A stretch of DNA of 64,000 bases from an uncultured SAR324 cluster bacterium. GTDB taxonomy: Bacteria; SAR324; NAC60-12. Positions 41,493 to 51,064 of this stretch are shown in pieces. Numbering within the stretch: position 1 is the first letter of the stretch; each line of letters begins with the position of its first letter. Position numbers and translations under genes: made by a program. The stretch is taken from contig CACFAY010000003.1 in NCBI GenBank assembly GCA_902564345.1, forward strand, positions 9,527-73,526. Direction: 5' to 3'. A model generated the notes under the pieces. That model was given only the letters and a program-made list of their open reading frames with translations. It made no database searches and had not been told where the DNA came from.

Positions 41493-42635
41493 ATGAGTCA
41501 TTTTGAAAATTTTGGGTTCGGGACTCAAATTCGTAAATCTCCTTACTTTGATGCAACAGTACGTTGGGGCGCAAAGGCATTTTCTGTGTACAATCACATG
41601 TACATACCGCGCGACTTTGGTGATCCTGTACAAAATTTTTGGAATTTGGTTAACGACGCTATACTTTGTGATGTGGCAGTTGAACGTCAAGTTGAAATCA
41701 CTGGTCCAGATGCACAAAAATTTATGCAGATGCTTACGCCACGCAACCTTTCGAAAATGTCTATAGGTCAATGCAAATACATTCTAATAACTAATACCGA
41801 TGGTGGGATCCTAAATGATCCTATCTTACTAAGACTAGGGGAAAATCATTTTTGGATATCACTTGCTGATAGCGATATTTTGCTATGGGCGCAAGGCGTA
41901 GCAGTGAATTCCGGCTTAAAAGTCAGTATTAGTGAACCAGATGTTTCTCCATTACAATTACAAGGACCGAAATCTGGTGAGGTAATGAAAGAACTGTTTG
42001 GTAAAAGTATCATAAATCTAAAATATTATTGGCTTCGTCAGGTTGAACTTGATGGAATTCCATTAATCGTGTCTCGAACAGGTTGGTCATGCGAACTTGG
42101 CTATGAAATTTTCCTTCAAGACGGTTCACTTGGAGATATATTGTGGGAAAAAATCATGGCTGTAGGCACACCTTTGGGTCTGAAACCGGGACATACATCT
42201 TCGATACGTCGTATTGAGGGGGGGATGCTATCTTATCAAGCAGATGCAGATATAAATACAAATCCCTACGAATTAGGTATGGAACGGCTAATAAATCTAG
42301 ATATGGAGGCTGAATTTATAGGAAAAGATGCTTTGCTTAAAATTCGAAAAAAAGGGGTGAATCGCAAACAAGTTGGTCTTCGAATTGAATGTGATCCATT
42401 GAAAGAGCCTAACAACACATTCTGGGAAATCACAAAAAAAGGTAAGACTGTGGGCAAAGTTACTTCTGCTGTCTATTCTCCACGCCTAAAGCAAAATATT
42501 GCTTTAGCTTTTGTTATAATAGAATTTTCTGAAATTGGGAGTTTAGTTGAAGTATCAATACCGTCTGGTATATGTAAAGCATATATAGTTGAAATACCAT
42601 TTTTCGATCCAGAAAAAAAAATTGTAGCATCTTGA
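41493..42635 (+). CDS. GcvT-family aminomethyltransferase, DmdA-like (possible THF-dependent demethylase)
   Basis: About 380 aa. SVYNHMYIP, DVAVERQVEITGPDA, GGILNDP, WISLADSD, EPDVSPLQLQGP, SRTGWS and EGGMLSY parallel the DMSP demethylase clade as recalled. The start is ATG 41493 or GTG 41475. Confidence 0.7.
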   Translation: MSHFENFGFGTQIRKSPYFDATVRWGAKAFSVYNHMYIPRDFGDPVQNFWNLVNDAILCDVAVERQVEITGPDAQKFMQMLTPRNLSKMSIGQCKYILITNTDGGILNDPILLRLGENHFWISLADSDILLWAQGVAVNSGLKVSISEPDVSPLQLQGPKSGEVMKELFGKSIINLKYYWLRQVELDGIPLIVSRTGWSCELGYEIFLQDGSLGDILWEKIMAVGTPLGLKPGHTSSIRRIEGGMLSYQADADINTNPYELGMERLINLDMEAEFIGKDALLKIRKKGVNRKQVGLRIECDPLKEPNNTFWEITKKGKTVGKVTSAVYSPRLKQNIALAFVIIEFSEIGSLVEVSIPSGICKAYIVEIPFFDPEKKIVAS

Positions 42636-42878
42636 AAATTGGTAAGGTATAAAAAAACATTTTAAGTAAAGAATATTTTTATATTTTAGCCCTTTATAAG
42701 TTAATACTTTTTATTTTATTTAAATCATTAGGTTCATTACATAGAATGAATGATTATATCACTAAAAATAAAACATAATCCTTAATTAAATAAAAACAAA
42801 AATAAATATGTCATATGAAATTATAAAATAATTTTAATCGAACTAATTTTTTTTAGGTAAAAAAATAAAGGAGTTAAA

Positions 42879-43370
42879 ATGAATTCACATAGAAAATTAT
42901 TCACTTTATTATTAATCATTATTTGCTTATTATTGTCTCAAAATTTACTAGCTTGTCATAAAGGTGGTGCTTTGGGTTTAGCAAGTGAGGATCCATTAAA
43001 TTCAACAATAGACTATTCCTCTGGAAGTACTTTTGTTTTTGCTAGTACTTCAGGTACATTAGGCTGTGAAAACTGGGATTTTGTTAGGGTTAACCGCGTT
43101 CAATACATTGACCTAGTTTGGAATAATTTGTCACGAGAGATTGCGCAGGGAAGAGGAGAACATATTTCTGCTCTTTCAGGTTTGTATGGCTGCGATGATG
43201 AATACAAACCAACTTTTGAGTCTATGCTTTATGGAAACTATCACCATCTTTTCTTTGAAATGGAAGGTATAGGTAGTCTTGAAAGAGCTCATTTGCTTGA
43301 TTATGAAATCAATAGGCTAATTGAGTTTAATAGGTTGGATAACACATGCTCATATTTTTATTCTTCTTAA
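42879..43370 (+). CDS. secreted DUF3015-like protein
   Basis: 163 aa. Signal peptide, TSGTLGC, and EIAQGRGEHISALSGLYGC resemble the DUF3015 pattern. Confidence 0.5.
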   Translation: MNSHRKLFTLLLIIICLLLSQNLLACHKGGALGLASEDPLNSTIDYSSGSTFVFASTSGTLGCENWDFVRVNRVQYIDLVWNNLSREIAQGRGEHISALSGLYGCDDEYKPTFESMLYGNYHHLFFEMEGIGSLERAHLLDYEINRLIEFNRLDNTCSYFYSS

Positions 43371-43539
43371 GTTTTTTTAGGTATAATTTGAATATTATCA
43401 TGTAGAGGTTTATTTGAATGCTAAACAAGAAATATGTGCTTGGATTAGGTATTAAAATATGCAAATTAATTATTATTATTCTAAAATAATTAAGTATTAA
43501 ATAAGATAATAAAATTTAAAATTCAAAAAGGAGAACATA

Positions 43540-44253
43540 ATGAATAAAATAGAATTAGCTTATTTCCCAATTATAGGCAGAGGACAACAGATTTTGATAA
43601 TTTGTGCTGAGCATAATATTGAAGTAAATTTTCTTGTTGCAAAGCCATTCGGTGATGATTTTGATAAAGATACTCAGGCTGCATTCGGAACTCTTCCCTG
43701 GATGAAAGATAATGATAGCGGTGTTATTCTTAACGATTCATTCGCCATTATCAAATATTTGGTTAATCGATATAAAGGGCCAGCTACGCCCCGTTCTGAA
43801 ACTGAATTTGCAAACGCAAATAATATGTGGGCATGGGTTCAAGACTATTACTCTTTTGTTTTATCTCCTTTTCATGACATTATTACTGAAAATAAAGACC
43901 CATTCTGGCGAAATCTTAGATTAACCGATACTCAATCAGATGGTGGTATAAAAAAAGGGATTTCCAAACTTAAAACATTACACGAGAATAGAATTAATTA
44001 TCTTGAATCAAATCTTCATAATATGAATTCATCACAATTTTTGTCTGGTGAGGGTTACACTTATGCTGATATTTTTCTATATACATGTGTTCGCGCAACT
44101 CAAAAATGTGCAGGATTTAAAATTCTGCGTGATGCTTGTGGTGGAGACCCGTTCAAAGATAAAATTAATATATTAGAGATTTGTGAGAGAGTTGAAAATC
44201 GTCCTAATGTAAAAAAATGTGTTGGTGACAAGTTTGAGAATGCACCCTTCTGA
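43540..44253 (+). CDS. glutathione S-transferase family protein
   Basis: 237 aa. N-terminal thioredoxin-like part (LAYFPIIGRGQQI...FGTLPWM...LNDSFAIIKYL) and a helical C-domain. Confidence 0.65.
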   Translation: MNKIELAYFPIIGRGQQILIICAEHNIEVNFLVAKPFGDDFDKDTQAAFGTLPWMKDNDSGVILNDSFAIIKYLVNRYKGPATPRSETEFANANNMWAWVQDYYSFVLSPFHDIITENKDPFWRNLRLTDTQSDGGIKKGISKLKTLHENRINYLESNLHNMNSSQFLSGEGYTYADIFLYTCVRATQKCAGFKILRDACGGDPFKDKINILEICERVENRPNVKKCVGDKFENAPF

Positions 44254-44845
44254 ATTTTTAAGATTTATGTTTTTACTAATAATCTCATAGCTTGGTTAAT
44301 TAATAACTATTTTTTAGAAAATATCTGGTTTTTATCAAAAGTTATGATGATTAGGCTTGCAAATGAAATCATATAAAGATTATTTACCATTCTAATTTTC
44401 TTATTTCATTACTTAATGTTTTAAACTTTATTAAAAATGTTTGATGGAAGGGCATATCACAATTTCTTTACATCATTTGTAAATCAGATAAATTAACTAA
44501 GATTTCAATAATTTTTTTTTCTTCGGGTTTTAACTTCTTATAGTTTTAGTATCTGAATAAATTATTAGATCTATATTAGATAACTGGATTACAGATTTAA
44601 TATTTTTGTTACTACTCCTAAAAGTAAAAAATCAACTAAAAAAGCAACTTAAGCCTAATAGAGTATACTTATTTGCAGTTCTTAAAATAGTTCTTAAATA
44701 TCTATATACGATAAAATTAACTAAATTATATTATATTAGAAATTCTCAATTTATTGGGCATTAATGCTAGGTTTAACATTGATTAGAATCGTTTTTTATT
44801 TTTTAATACTAATGCTTTTGCGTTAAAAATGATTACTTAATTTGA

Positions 44846-45799
44846 TCAAGCATTGTGAGACTTATATTTTTCGAAGATATAGATTCCGAATAGTACTAAA
44901 AAAAGTGAAACCCCATGAAAAATTTCAAATGATTCACCCAAAATTTGTACTGCAAAGAAAGAGGCGAATATAGGAACAAGGTTAACAAAGACTCCCGAAC
45001 GTGCTGGTCCAATCAACTTAACACTTGCTATAAAACAAATCTGTGAAAGAAATGACGGCAAAAGTACTATCAAACCAACAATAATCCACACATTACCATC
45101 AGGCCAAATAGTTTTTCCAGAAGAAAATTCATAAATTGTAAGAGGGAGAGTTGAAATGAAAGCCCATACAACTACTGACGCGAAAAGAGCTGTTGATGAA
45201 AGATTATGCTTTTTTCGAAGTCCTACGGTGTAAGCACTATAGAATAGAACGGCAATCAGCATCATTAGGTCACCTATATTTAAGTTTAGGGAAAAAAGAT
45301 TTTCAAGTTCACCATTGATGCTTACAACTCCAACACCTATTACAGTGACTATAACACCTAAAATTTGAACAAAATTTACCGATGTTCTCAAAAAACAATA
45401 ACTTCCTACCAAAACAATGGCAGGCATAGCTCCCTGAATAATGCCAATATTAACAGCTGTGGTATAGTATGCACTGTAGTATATAAGAGTTCCAAAACCG
45501 CCTAGACCAACTAAACCCATCAAAAAAGTGTATCCCTTTTGCTGCCTAATATGCGGAAGTTTTTCTAATATGGTTCTTCCCGCAAACATAAAAAGAAGAA
45601 AAAAAGTACCCAACCATCGGATTGAAACAAGCAGCATTGGTGAAATATCTCCGGCAACCATTCTTGCAAATACAGCATTCAGTCCCCAGCAAATAGTTGT
45701 TAAAATCAACAGACAATATGCCTGAATTGATTCATTGAAACCTAATTTTACAATTTTATGCAAAATATTACTTAAAGGAAACAGAGATTTGGAATACAC
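44846..45799 (-). CDS. EamA/DMT family transporter
   Basis: 317 aa with ten hydrophobic helices in two EamA-like repeats. Confidence 0.75.
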   Translation of the reverse strand: MYSKSLFPLSNILHKIVKLGFNESIQAYCLLILTTICWGLNAVFARMVAGDISPMLLVSIRWLGTFFLLFMFAGRTILEKLPHIRQQKGYTFLMGLVGLGGFGTLIYYSAYYTTAVNIGIIQGAMPAIVLVGSYCFLRTSVNFVQILGVIVTVIGVGVVSINGELENLFSLNLNIGDLMMLIAVLFYSAYTVGLRKKHNLSSTALFASVVVWAFISTLPLTIYEFSSGKTIWPDGNVWIIVGLIVLLPSFLSQICFIASVKLIGPARSGVFVNLVPIFASFFAVQILGESFEIFHGVSLFLVLFGIYIFEKYKSHNA

Positions 45800-46057
45800 T
45801 TACAGATGACATAAAATATCATCTTAAATAACAGAACGTTAATTCAGTAAACAATAAAAATTCTATGATATATAAATTTAAATACATTTATATTTACTCA
45901 AAAACTAGTTTTAATTATAAATCATAGCTGTTTTATTAAATTTAAAAAAATATACTTCATATAAAATCTTTAGTAACATTTTAAAAATTATATGATTTTT
46001 TGAAGAAATAATGTTTTATCATAATTATAATTTACTGTATTTACTAAATTTATATAT

Positions 46058-46082
46058 TACAAATATATTTAATATATTTGTA
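46058..46082. repeat. perfect 12-1-12 palindrome in a divergent intergenic region
   Basis: TACAAATATATT-t-AATATATTTGTA, verified base by base. It lies 188 nt upstream of the 46270 gene and 259 nt upstream of the divergent EamA gene. Confidence 0.3.
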
Positions 46083-46269
46083 CTGAGAAAGGATACATAT
46101 CAATCTATAAGCTTTTTTTAAATTACATTGAAAATTAAAAATAGAAAAATTTAGCAATGATAATTTAATCCTAGAGATCTAAACAATTGAATGAAATAGT
46201 TGATATTATTCCTACGAAATTACTTGATTTTCCTAAAACTTAATAATTATTAAAATTTCTTGATTTATT

Positions 46270-47250
46270 ATGAAGGCAATTTTATGTAAATCTCTTGGGC
46301 CCCCAGAAAACCTTATACTTGAAGAGGTAGATGATTTAATACCACGAGAGAAAGAAGTACTTCTTGAGGTATATTATTCTGCATTAAATTTCCCTGACAC
46401 TTTGCAAATTGAAGGAAAATACCAGTATAAGCCTTCTTTACCATTCATACCAGGTTCGGAAGCAGCAGGTATTGTTAAGGATATAGGACCAAATGTTAGA
46501 GGGATTGATATAGGAGACAGAGTTATGGCCAGTCCGGGTATTGGCGCCATGGCAGAGCAAGTATGTGTTCCTTTAAGTAAATTAAAAAAAATACCTAAAA
46601 ATATGAGCTTTAATACTGCCTCAGGGTTTCCGATGGTCTATACAACATCATATTATGCATTAAAACAAAGATCTGAGTTAATGCCTAAAGAAAAACTGCT
46701 GGTACTTGGAGCCAGTGGTGGATTAGGATTTACTGCTGTAGAACTTGGTAAGTTAATGGGAGCAGAGGTAATTGCAGCAGCGAGTTCTGAGGAAAAGTTA
46801 CAATTTGCTAAAACTGCTGGTGCCGATTATCTAGTCAACTATAGTGACGGAGATCTAAAAACAAAAATTAAAGCGCTAACAAATGGTAAGGGAGCTGATG
46901 TAATTTTTGACCCGGTAGGAGGTGATTTTTTTGAACAGGCAACTCGGTGCATAAACTGGAATGGCAGGCATTTAGTGGTTGGATTCGCCAGCGGGGAAAT
47001 TCCTAAATATAAAGCCAATATAGCACTACTCAAAGGAGCATCCATGGTTGGCGTGTTTCTTGGACGCTGGATGAAAGAAGAACCAATAGCTTATGATGAA
47101 AATTTCGATGAATTACTTGATTATTTTAAACAGGGTAAAATTAATCCTTCTGTTTATCAATCATTTAAAATGAATGATTTTGTTTCAGCTTTCAATTTAT
47201 TTAAGGAAAGAAGGGTCATGGGCAAAGTAACACTTGAAATAAAGCATTAA
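46270..47250 (+). CDS. NADPH:quinone oxidoreductase-like MDR (zinc-independent alcohol dehydrogenase superfamily)
   Basis: 326 aa. GroES-like N-domain, LVLGASGGLG Rossmann motif, and a C-terminal MGKVTLE-type end. Confidence 0.8.
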   Translation: MKAILCKSLGPPENLILEEVDDLIPREKEVLLEVYYSALNFPDTLQIEGKYQYKPSLPFIPGSEAAGIVKDIGPNVRGIDIGDRVMASPGIGAMAEQVCVPLSKLKKIPKNMSFNTASGFPMVYTTSYYALKQRSELMPKEKLLVLGASGGLGFTAVELGKLMGAEVIAAASSEEKLQFAKTAGADYLVNYSDGDLKTKIKALTNGKGADVIFDPVGGDFFEQATRCINWNGRHLVVGFASGEIPKYKANIALLKGASMVGVFLGRWMKEEPIAYDENFDELLDYFKQGKINPSVYQSFKMNDFVSAFNLFKERRVMGKVTLEIKH

Positions 47251-47645
47251 TCTTTATTCTTTTGAAATAATCATTGATAACAGTAATTAGAATTGTTGCC
47301 AGTTTCATATAAACGATAATTTCGAATGAGAGCTTTGACTTACTGCCTGCTTAATAAAATAATGATCGCTTTTCCTGAAAAACTCACCACATCCAAAATC
47401 ATACTCCCATTTAAACCGATGAAAATTTTTTAACTAAAAGTTAAATCCCCATTTGATAGAAAAGATTAATTAAATATAGCTAATTTACGAGTTATTTTTA
47501 TAATTTCTAAAATTTTATGTAATACAATAAAAAATTTCGAATAAAACTAAAAACCTTTTCAAATATATTTCTCTTGAAAAAATTCAAAAAAGGAGTACAT
47601 TTCCCAATCTCATAGTATTTTTTAACCCTTTATCAGGAAAATAAT

Positions 47646-48035
47646 ATGTTTGAGAAATACAATGACAATACAGCAGCAATCTGTATAGGACTTTATCTAT
47701 TAGGAAGTATATTTTATGTATTTCAACTCATTTTCATGACAGAGTCCTGGCTTGTGGGGGAGGGAATCGGTCCAGAAGCAATTCCTGTTGCCAGGGTTTT
47801 AGGTTCAGCCTATCTAGGATTCATTGTTGGAATGATTTTGACCTTTATGAATGGCCCAGATGGGCAAAGAATATATTTTTTCGCCCTAATAGTAGCTCAA
47901 ATATGCACCTTGCTTAATATTTTGCATCAGTATCTCTTTGTAAATAACAAAATGGCATTTGATGATGCTATTATAGTTTCTATACTTACTGCTTTGCTAC
48001 TAATTGGGTTTTTCAGAATCAAGACTCGTCTATAG
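47646..48035 (+). CDS. hypothetical 4-TM membrane protein
   Basis: 129 aa with four hydrophobic segments. No family recognised. Confidence 0.45.
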   Translation: MFEKYNDNTAAICIGLYLLGSIFYVFQLIFMTESWLVGEGIGPEAIPVARVLGSAYLGFIVGMILTFMNGPDGQRIYFFALIVAQICTLLNILHQYLFVNNKMAFDDAIIVSILTALLLIGFFRIKTRL

Positions 48036-48295
48036 TTTAAAAGATTAATTAGTTCACATTAAAACTTGTTTATATATCAACAATAATATTACCTGACTCA
48101 TGTTAAAAAGTGTTTTTGCGAATGATCTAAATATATTTTTTTCAATATTGAAATTTAATTTCTGAATAAGGCTATTTCCACAATTAATTATTTGAATATT
48201 AGTGAAATGATTATTGAAATGTTATTTACAAACCTAATTTTTACAAGAGTAATTTCATTAGCTAAGAAAGATATTTATTTAATCACGATTATTAG

Positions 48296-49426
48296 ATGAT
48301 AAAGAATCTTTTATATCTTATATTAATTTTTTTAAGTATCCTCTTTACTGCATGCAGTGGCGGAACATCAGCAACTTCAAGCGGGGAGACTTTATCCTGT
48401 GATGATATATCTTTAGATTGTGTAGAAAATGCAATTGAAGGTTCAGAAACATCAGCTACTGAGGATGTTGCTTTTTCAAGTTTTGCGACTGACAACGCAA
48501 CTTTTGCTTTCGGCCAGACATATCAACACACAGTGACTTGGAGTGGGACTTATTCAGGTACTGTAACATTTTCACTAAGTAATGCGCCTACTGGCATGAC
48601 AATAGACTCTACTTCAGGAATAATTGAATGGACGCCGACCGAGTCCTCTCAAATTGCTACTCATTCAAATATTCAAATTTTAATTACTACAGCGAGCGGA
48701 TATGTAATTCAACAAACTTATGATCTTACTGTAACTGGAACATGTACTTCAGGAAATGTACTAGCCATATGGAACGGAGACCAGCGGACATCAACGGACA
48801 GCGATCAATTTCTTGGCAATATTACTGCCTACACAGATAATGCAACTGATAACTGTGGTCAAAGTAATAATCTAGATTGTACTGCTTCAAACAACTACGA
48901 ATTCAATCAAACAACAAGTTCTGCTGAGAACTTGCATATTGGCCCTGAAACGTCAGCTGACGACGGCATTATGTTCTTCTATAACCAATACGATAATACC
49001 AGTTATACATATTTATTTTGGATGTTTGGAGAAGGCGGATCTGCTTTCTCTCCTTCACCAAATTACGTAAAATTAGATTTATTTTCAGTCAGTAACGAAT
49101 CTTCAGACGCCGTAGTGGTCAGTGATGATAGTGGTGAAACTACTCTTGAATCACAGAGTGGAAGCAGCGATAATTATACAAGTACTTATACAGGTCGATA
49201 TGGTTATATTTCTGGAAAATCAGATGGAGGAGTTATTGGGCCTTTTTCAGGAACCAATTATAGAATTTTCGTTGATCGAGCAGGAACTTCAACAATAGAT
49301 TCTAGTACTTTGACATTAGGTAATCTTGACTCCTTTGTATTTTGGTCTAAAGATGGCAGTTCATTTTCTCTTGGTTCAGTTGATAATTTCACTATTGGAT
49401 TCAAAACAAGTATTGAATGCAATTGA
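48296..49426 (+). CDS. lipoprotein paralogue A: He_PIG/cadherin-like Ig domain + unknown Ser/Thr/Asn-rich C-terminal domain
   Basis: 376 aa. Lipobox LFTAC. LSNAPTGMTIDSTSGIIEWTPT...YDLTVTG is a putative-Ig (He_PIG-like) pattern. The C-terminal ~230 aa were not recognised. Confidence 0.6.
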   Translation: MIKNLLYLILIFLSILFTACSGGTSATSSGETLSCDDISLDCVENAIEGSETSATEDVAFSSFATDNATFAFGQTYQHTVTWSGTYSGTVTFSLSNAPTGMTIDSTSGIIEWTPTESSQIATHSNIQILITTASGYVIQQTYDLTVTGTCTSGNVLAIWNGDQRTSTDSDQFLGNITAYTDNATDNCGQSNNLDCTASNNYEFNQTTSSAENLHIGPETSADDGIMFFYNQYDNTSYTYLFWMFGEGGSAFSPSPNYVKLDLFSVSNESSDAVVVSDDSGETTLESQSGSSDNYTSTYTGRYGYISGKSDGGVIGPFSGTNYRIFVDRAGTSTIDSSTLTLGNLDSFVFWSKDGSSFSLGSVDNFTIGFKTSIECN

Positions 49427-49724
49427 TAAAACAAAAACTTCCATGTAGGGATTAGAAATACTTTTTTTAAAACTGAAAGCTTAAAAATTCTCGTTCTGAA
49501 AAAAATATTAGCTGATTTTCCAACTGATTCTTTCCAATCAAGTAACAAATTAAATAGTTATCATTTCTTTTTACAAGTCCTAAAAAAAATTGCTTATCTT
49601 TCTAAATAATTAATTAAAATTAAGCAAATAAGTAAAAAGTAAGTACTTAATTTAATACGGATTTGTGGCACGTCATATGCTTTTGCATATATTGTCTTGA
49701 TTTATATATTTCAAAAATTTAAAT

Positions 49725-50795
49725 GTGAAAAAGATTAAATTCTTTCTATTTAATTTTAGTTTATTACTAACAATAGTTTCCTGTGGAGAATCTGAAGAAT
49801 TCGAGAGTTGGGAAAAAGGAGGTTATAGTCCCTCAGTTATTGAGGACTTATCAATTTCAAGTACTGCATCTGACAACGCAACTGTTGTTTTTGGTCAGTC
49901 ATATCAACACCAGGTAACCACTAGTGGCAGTTATACAGGGACTAAAACTTATTCTCTTAGCAATAATCCTGATGAAATGACTATCTCATCTTCAGGACTT
50001 ATTGAATGGACTCCCACTAAAGCATCTCAAATTACAACTCATTCAGATATAAAAATAACTTTAACAACTGCTAGTAACTATATTTTATCTCAGACTTATG
50101 ATCTTACTGTAACTGGGACATGTGTTTCTGGTAATGTAATGTCAATTTGGAGTGAAGATCAGCGGAGTTCTTCGGACAGTACTAACTTCCTTGGAAATAT
50201 TACTGCCTACACTGATAATGCTTCTAGCGGAGATATATGTGGAAGAGATAACGCTTCAGACTGTACTGCAGAAAACAACTACGCATATTATAACAGTTCA
50301 TTACACTTAAAACATGGACCTACTCCATCAGCAACAAAAGGTAGTATTTTCTTTTATAACCAATATGATAACACCACTAATATATATTTGTTTTTCTTCT
50401 TTGGGGATGCTGGTAACAGTAACGCAAACACATTAAAATTAGATGTTTTTTCTGAAAATAATTCCACTACAGATAATGTGGAAGTATCTGATGATTCTGG
50501 GGAAACCACTCGGTATACAAGCAGTACATACTGCGGTGCAAGTACGACTTGCTACAAAGGACGATATTCTTACAATTCCCAAAATTCAGATGGCGCTGTT
50601 ATAGGGCCATATTCTGGAACAGATTTCAAAATTTTTGTAGATATAGGGGGAACCTCAACAATAAATTCAGACACTCTAACACTGGGAAATCTAGATTCAT
50701 TTAAGTATTTTTCAAAAGATGGCAGTTCCTTCTCTCTAGGAGACGTTGATAATTTCACTGTTGGCTACAGTACTAGTATGGACTGCAGTAATTGA
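49725..50795 (+). CDS. lipoprotein paralogue B of 48296..49426
   Basis: 356 aa, GTG start, lipobox TIVSC. Same architecture as paralogue A and colinear with it, ending in DNFT(I/V)G. Confidence 0.6.
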   Translation: MKKIKFFLFNFSLLLTIVSCGESEEFESWEKGGYSPSVIEDLSISSTASDNATVVFGQSYQHQVTTSGSYTGTKTYSLSNNPDEMTISSSGLIEWTPTKASQITTHSDIKITLTTASNYILSQTYDLTVTGTCVSGNVMSIWSEDQRSSSDSTNFLGNITAYTDNASSGDICGRDNASDCTAENNYAYYNSSLHLKHGPTPSATKGSIFFYNQYDNTTNIYLFFFFGDAGNSNANTLKLDVFSENNSTTDNVEVSDDSGETTRYTSSTYCGASTTCYKGRYSYNSQNSDGAVIGPYSGTDFKIFVDIGGTSTINSDTLTLGNLDSFKYFSKDGSSFSLGDVDNFTVGYSTSMDCSN

Positions 50796-50823
50796 TACCG
50801 TATAACAAATATCCATCTTACTA

Positions 50824-50862
50824 ACTGATTTGAGTTTATTCCGCATTAAAGCTCAAATCAGT
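50824..50862 (+). terminator. hairpin after lipoprotein paralogue B (possible terminator)
   Basis: ACTGATTTGAG-17 nt-CTCAAATCAGT, an 11-bp perfect stem 29 nt after the stop. It has no strong T-tract. Confidence 0.4.
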
Positions 50863-50953
50863 CTTACCTTACATGTTCAAATTCCTCAAAAATATTAATT
50901 TGTGGTTTGATTTCTTGCACATAATTATCTTTAATGATTTACTTCTGATAAAT

Positions 50954-51007
50954 AATTATAACAATTTAATTTGGATTTAAAGTATTTCAAACAGAATTGT
51001 TATAATT
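50954..51007 (+). promoter_or_regulatory. 13-bp perfect inverted repeat pair overlapping an extended -10 element upstream of the MttB-family gene
   Basis: AATTATAACAATT (50954..50966) and AATTGTTATAATT (50995..51007) are separated by 28 nt. The right arm contains TGtTATAAT (50998..51006), 59 nt before the ATG at 51065. Confidence 0.35.
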
Positions 51008-51064
51008 GGATAATAGATATTTACACAATTAATATTTCAATTCACCTTGGTATAAGAGAGTTAT

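Noticed and set aside
47326-47433. A 35-codon ORF (MRALTYCLLNKIMIAFPEKLTTSKIILPFKPMKIF) in a GC-richer patch after the quinone oxidoreductase gene.
   Set aside because: It has no Shine-Dalgarno sequence and no recognisable motif, and it is too short to support without conservation or expression data.
48140-48153. The 14-bp palindrome TTTCAATATTGAAA upstream of lipoprotein paralogue A.
   Set aside because: It is an almost pure A/T palindrome in a nearly pure A/T spacer, and no second copy occurs upstream of paralogue B. Chance occurrence is plausible.
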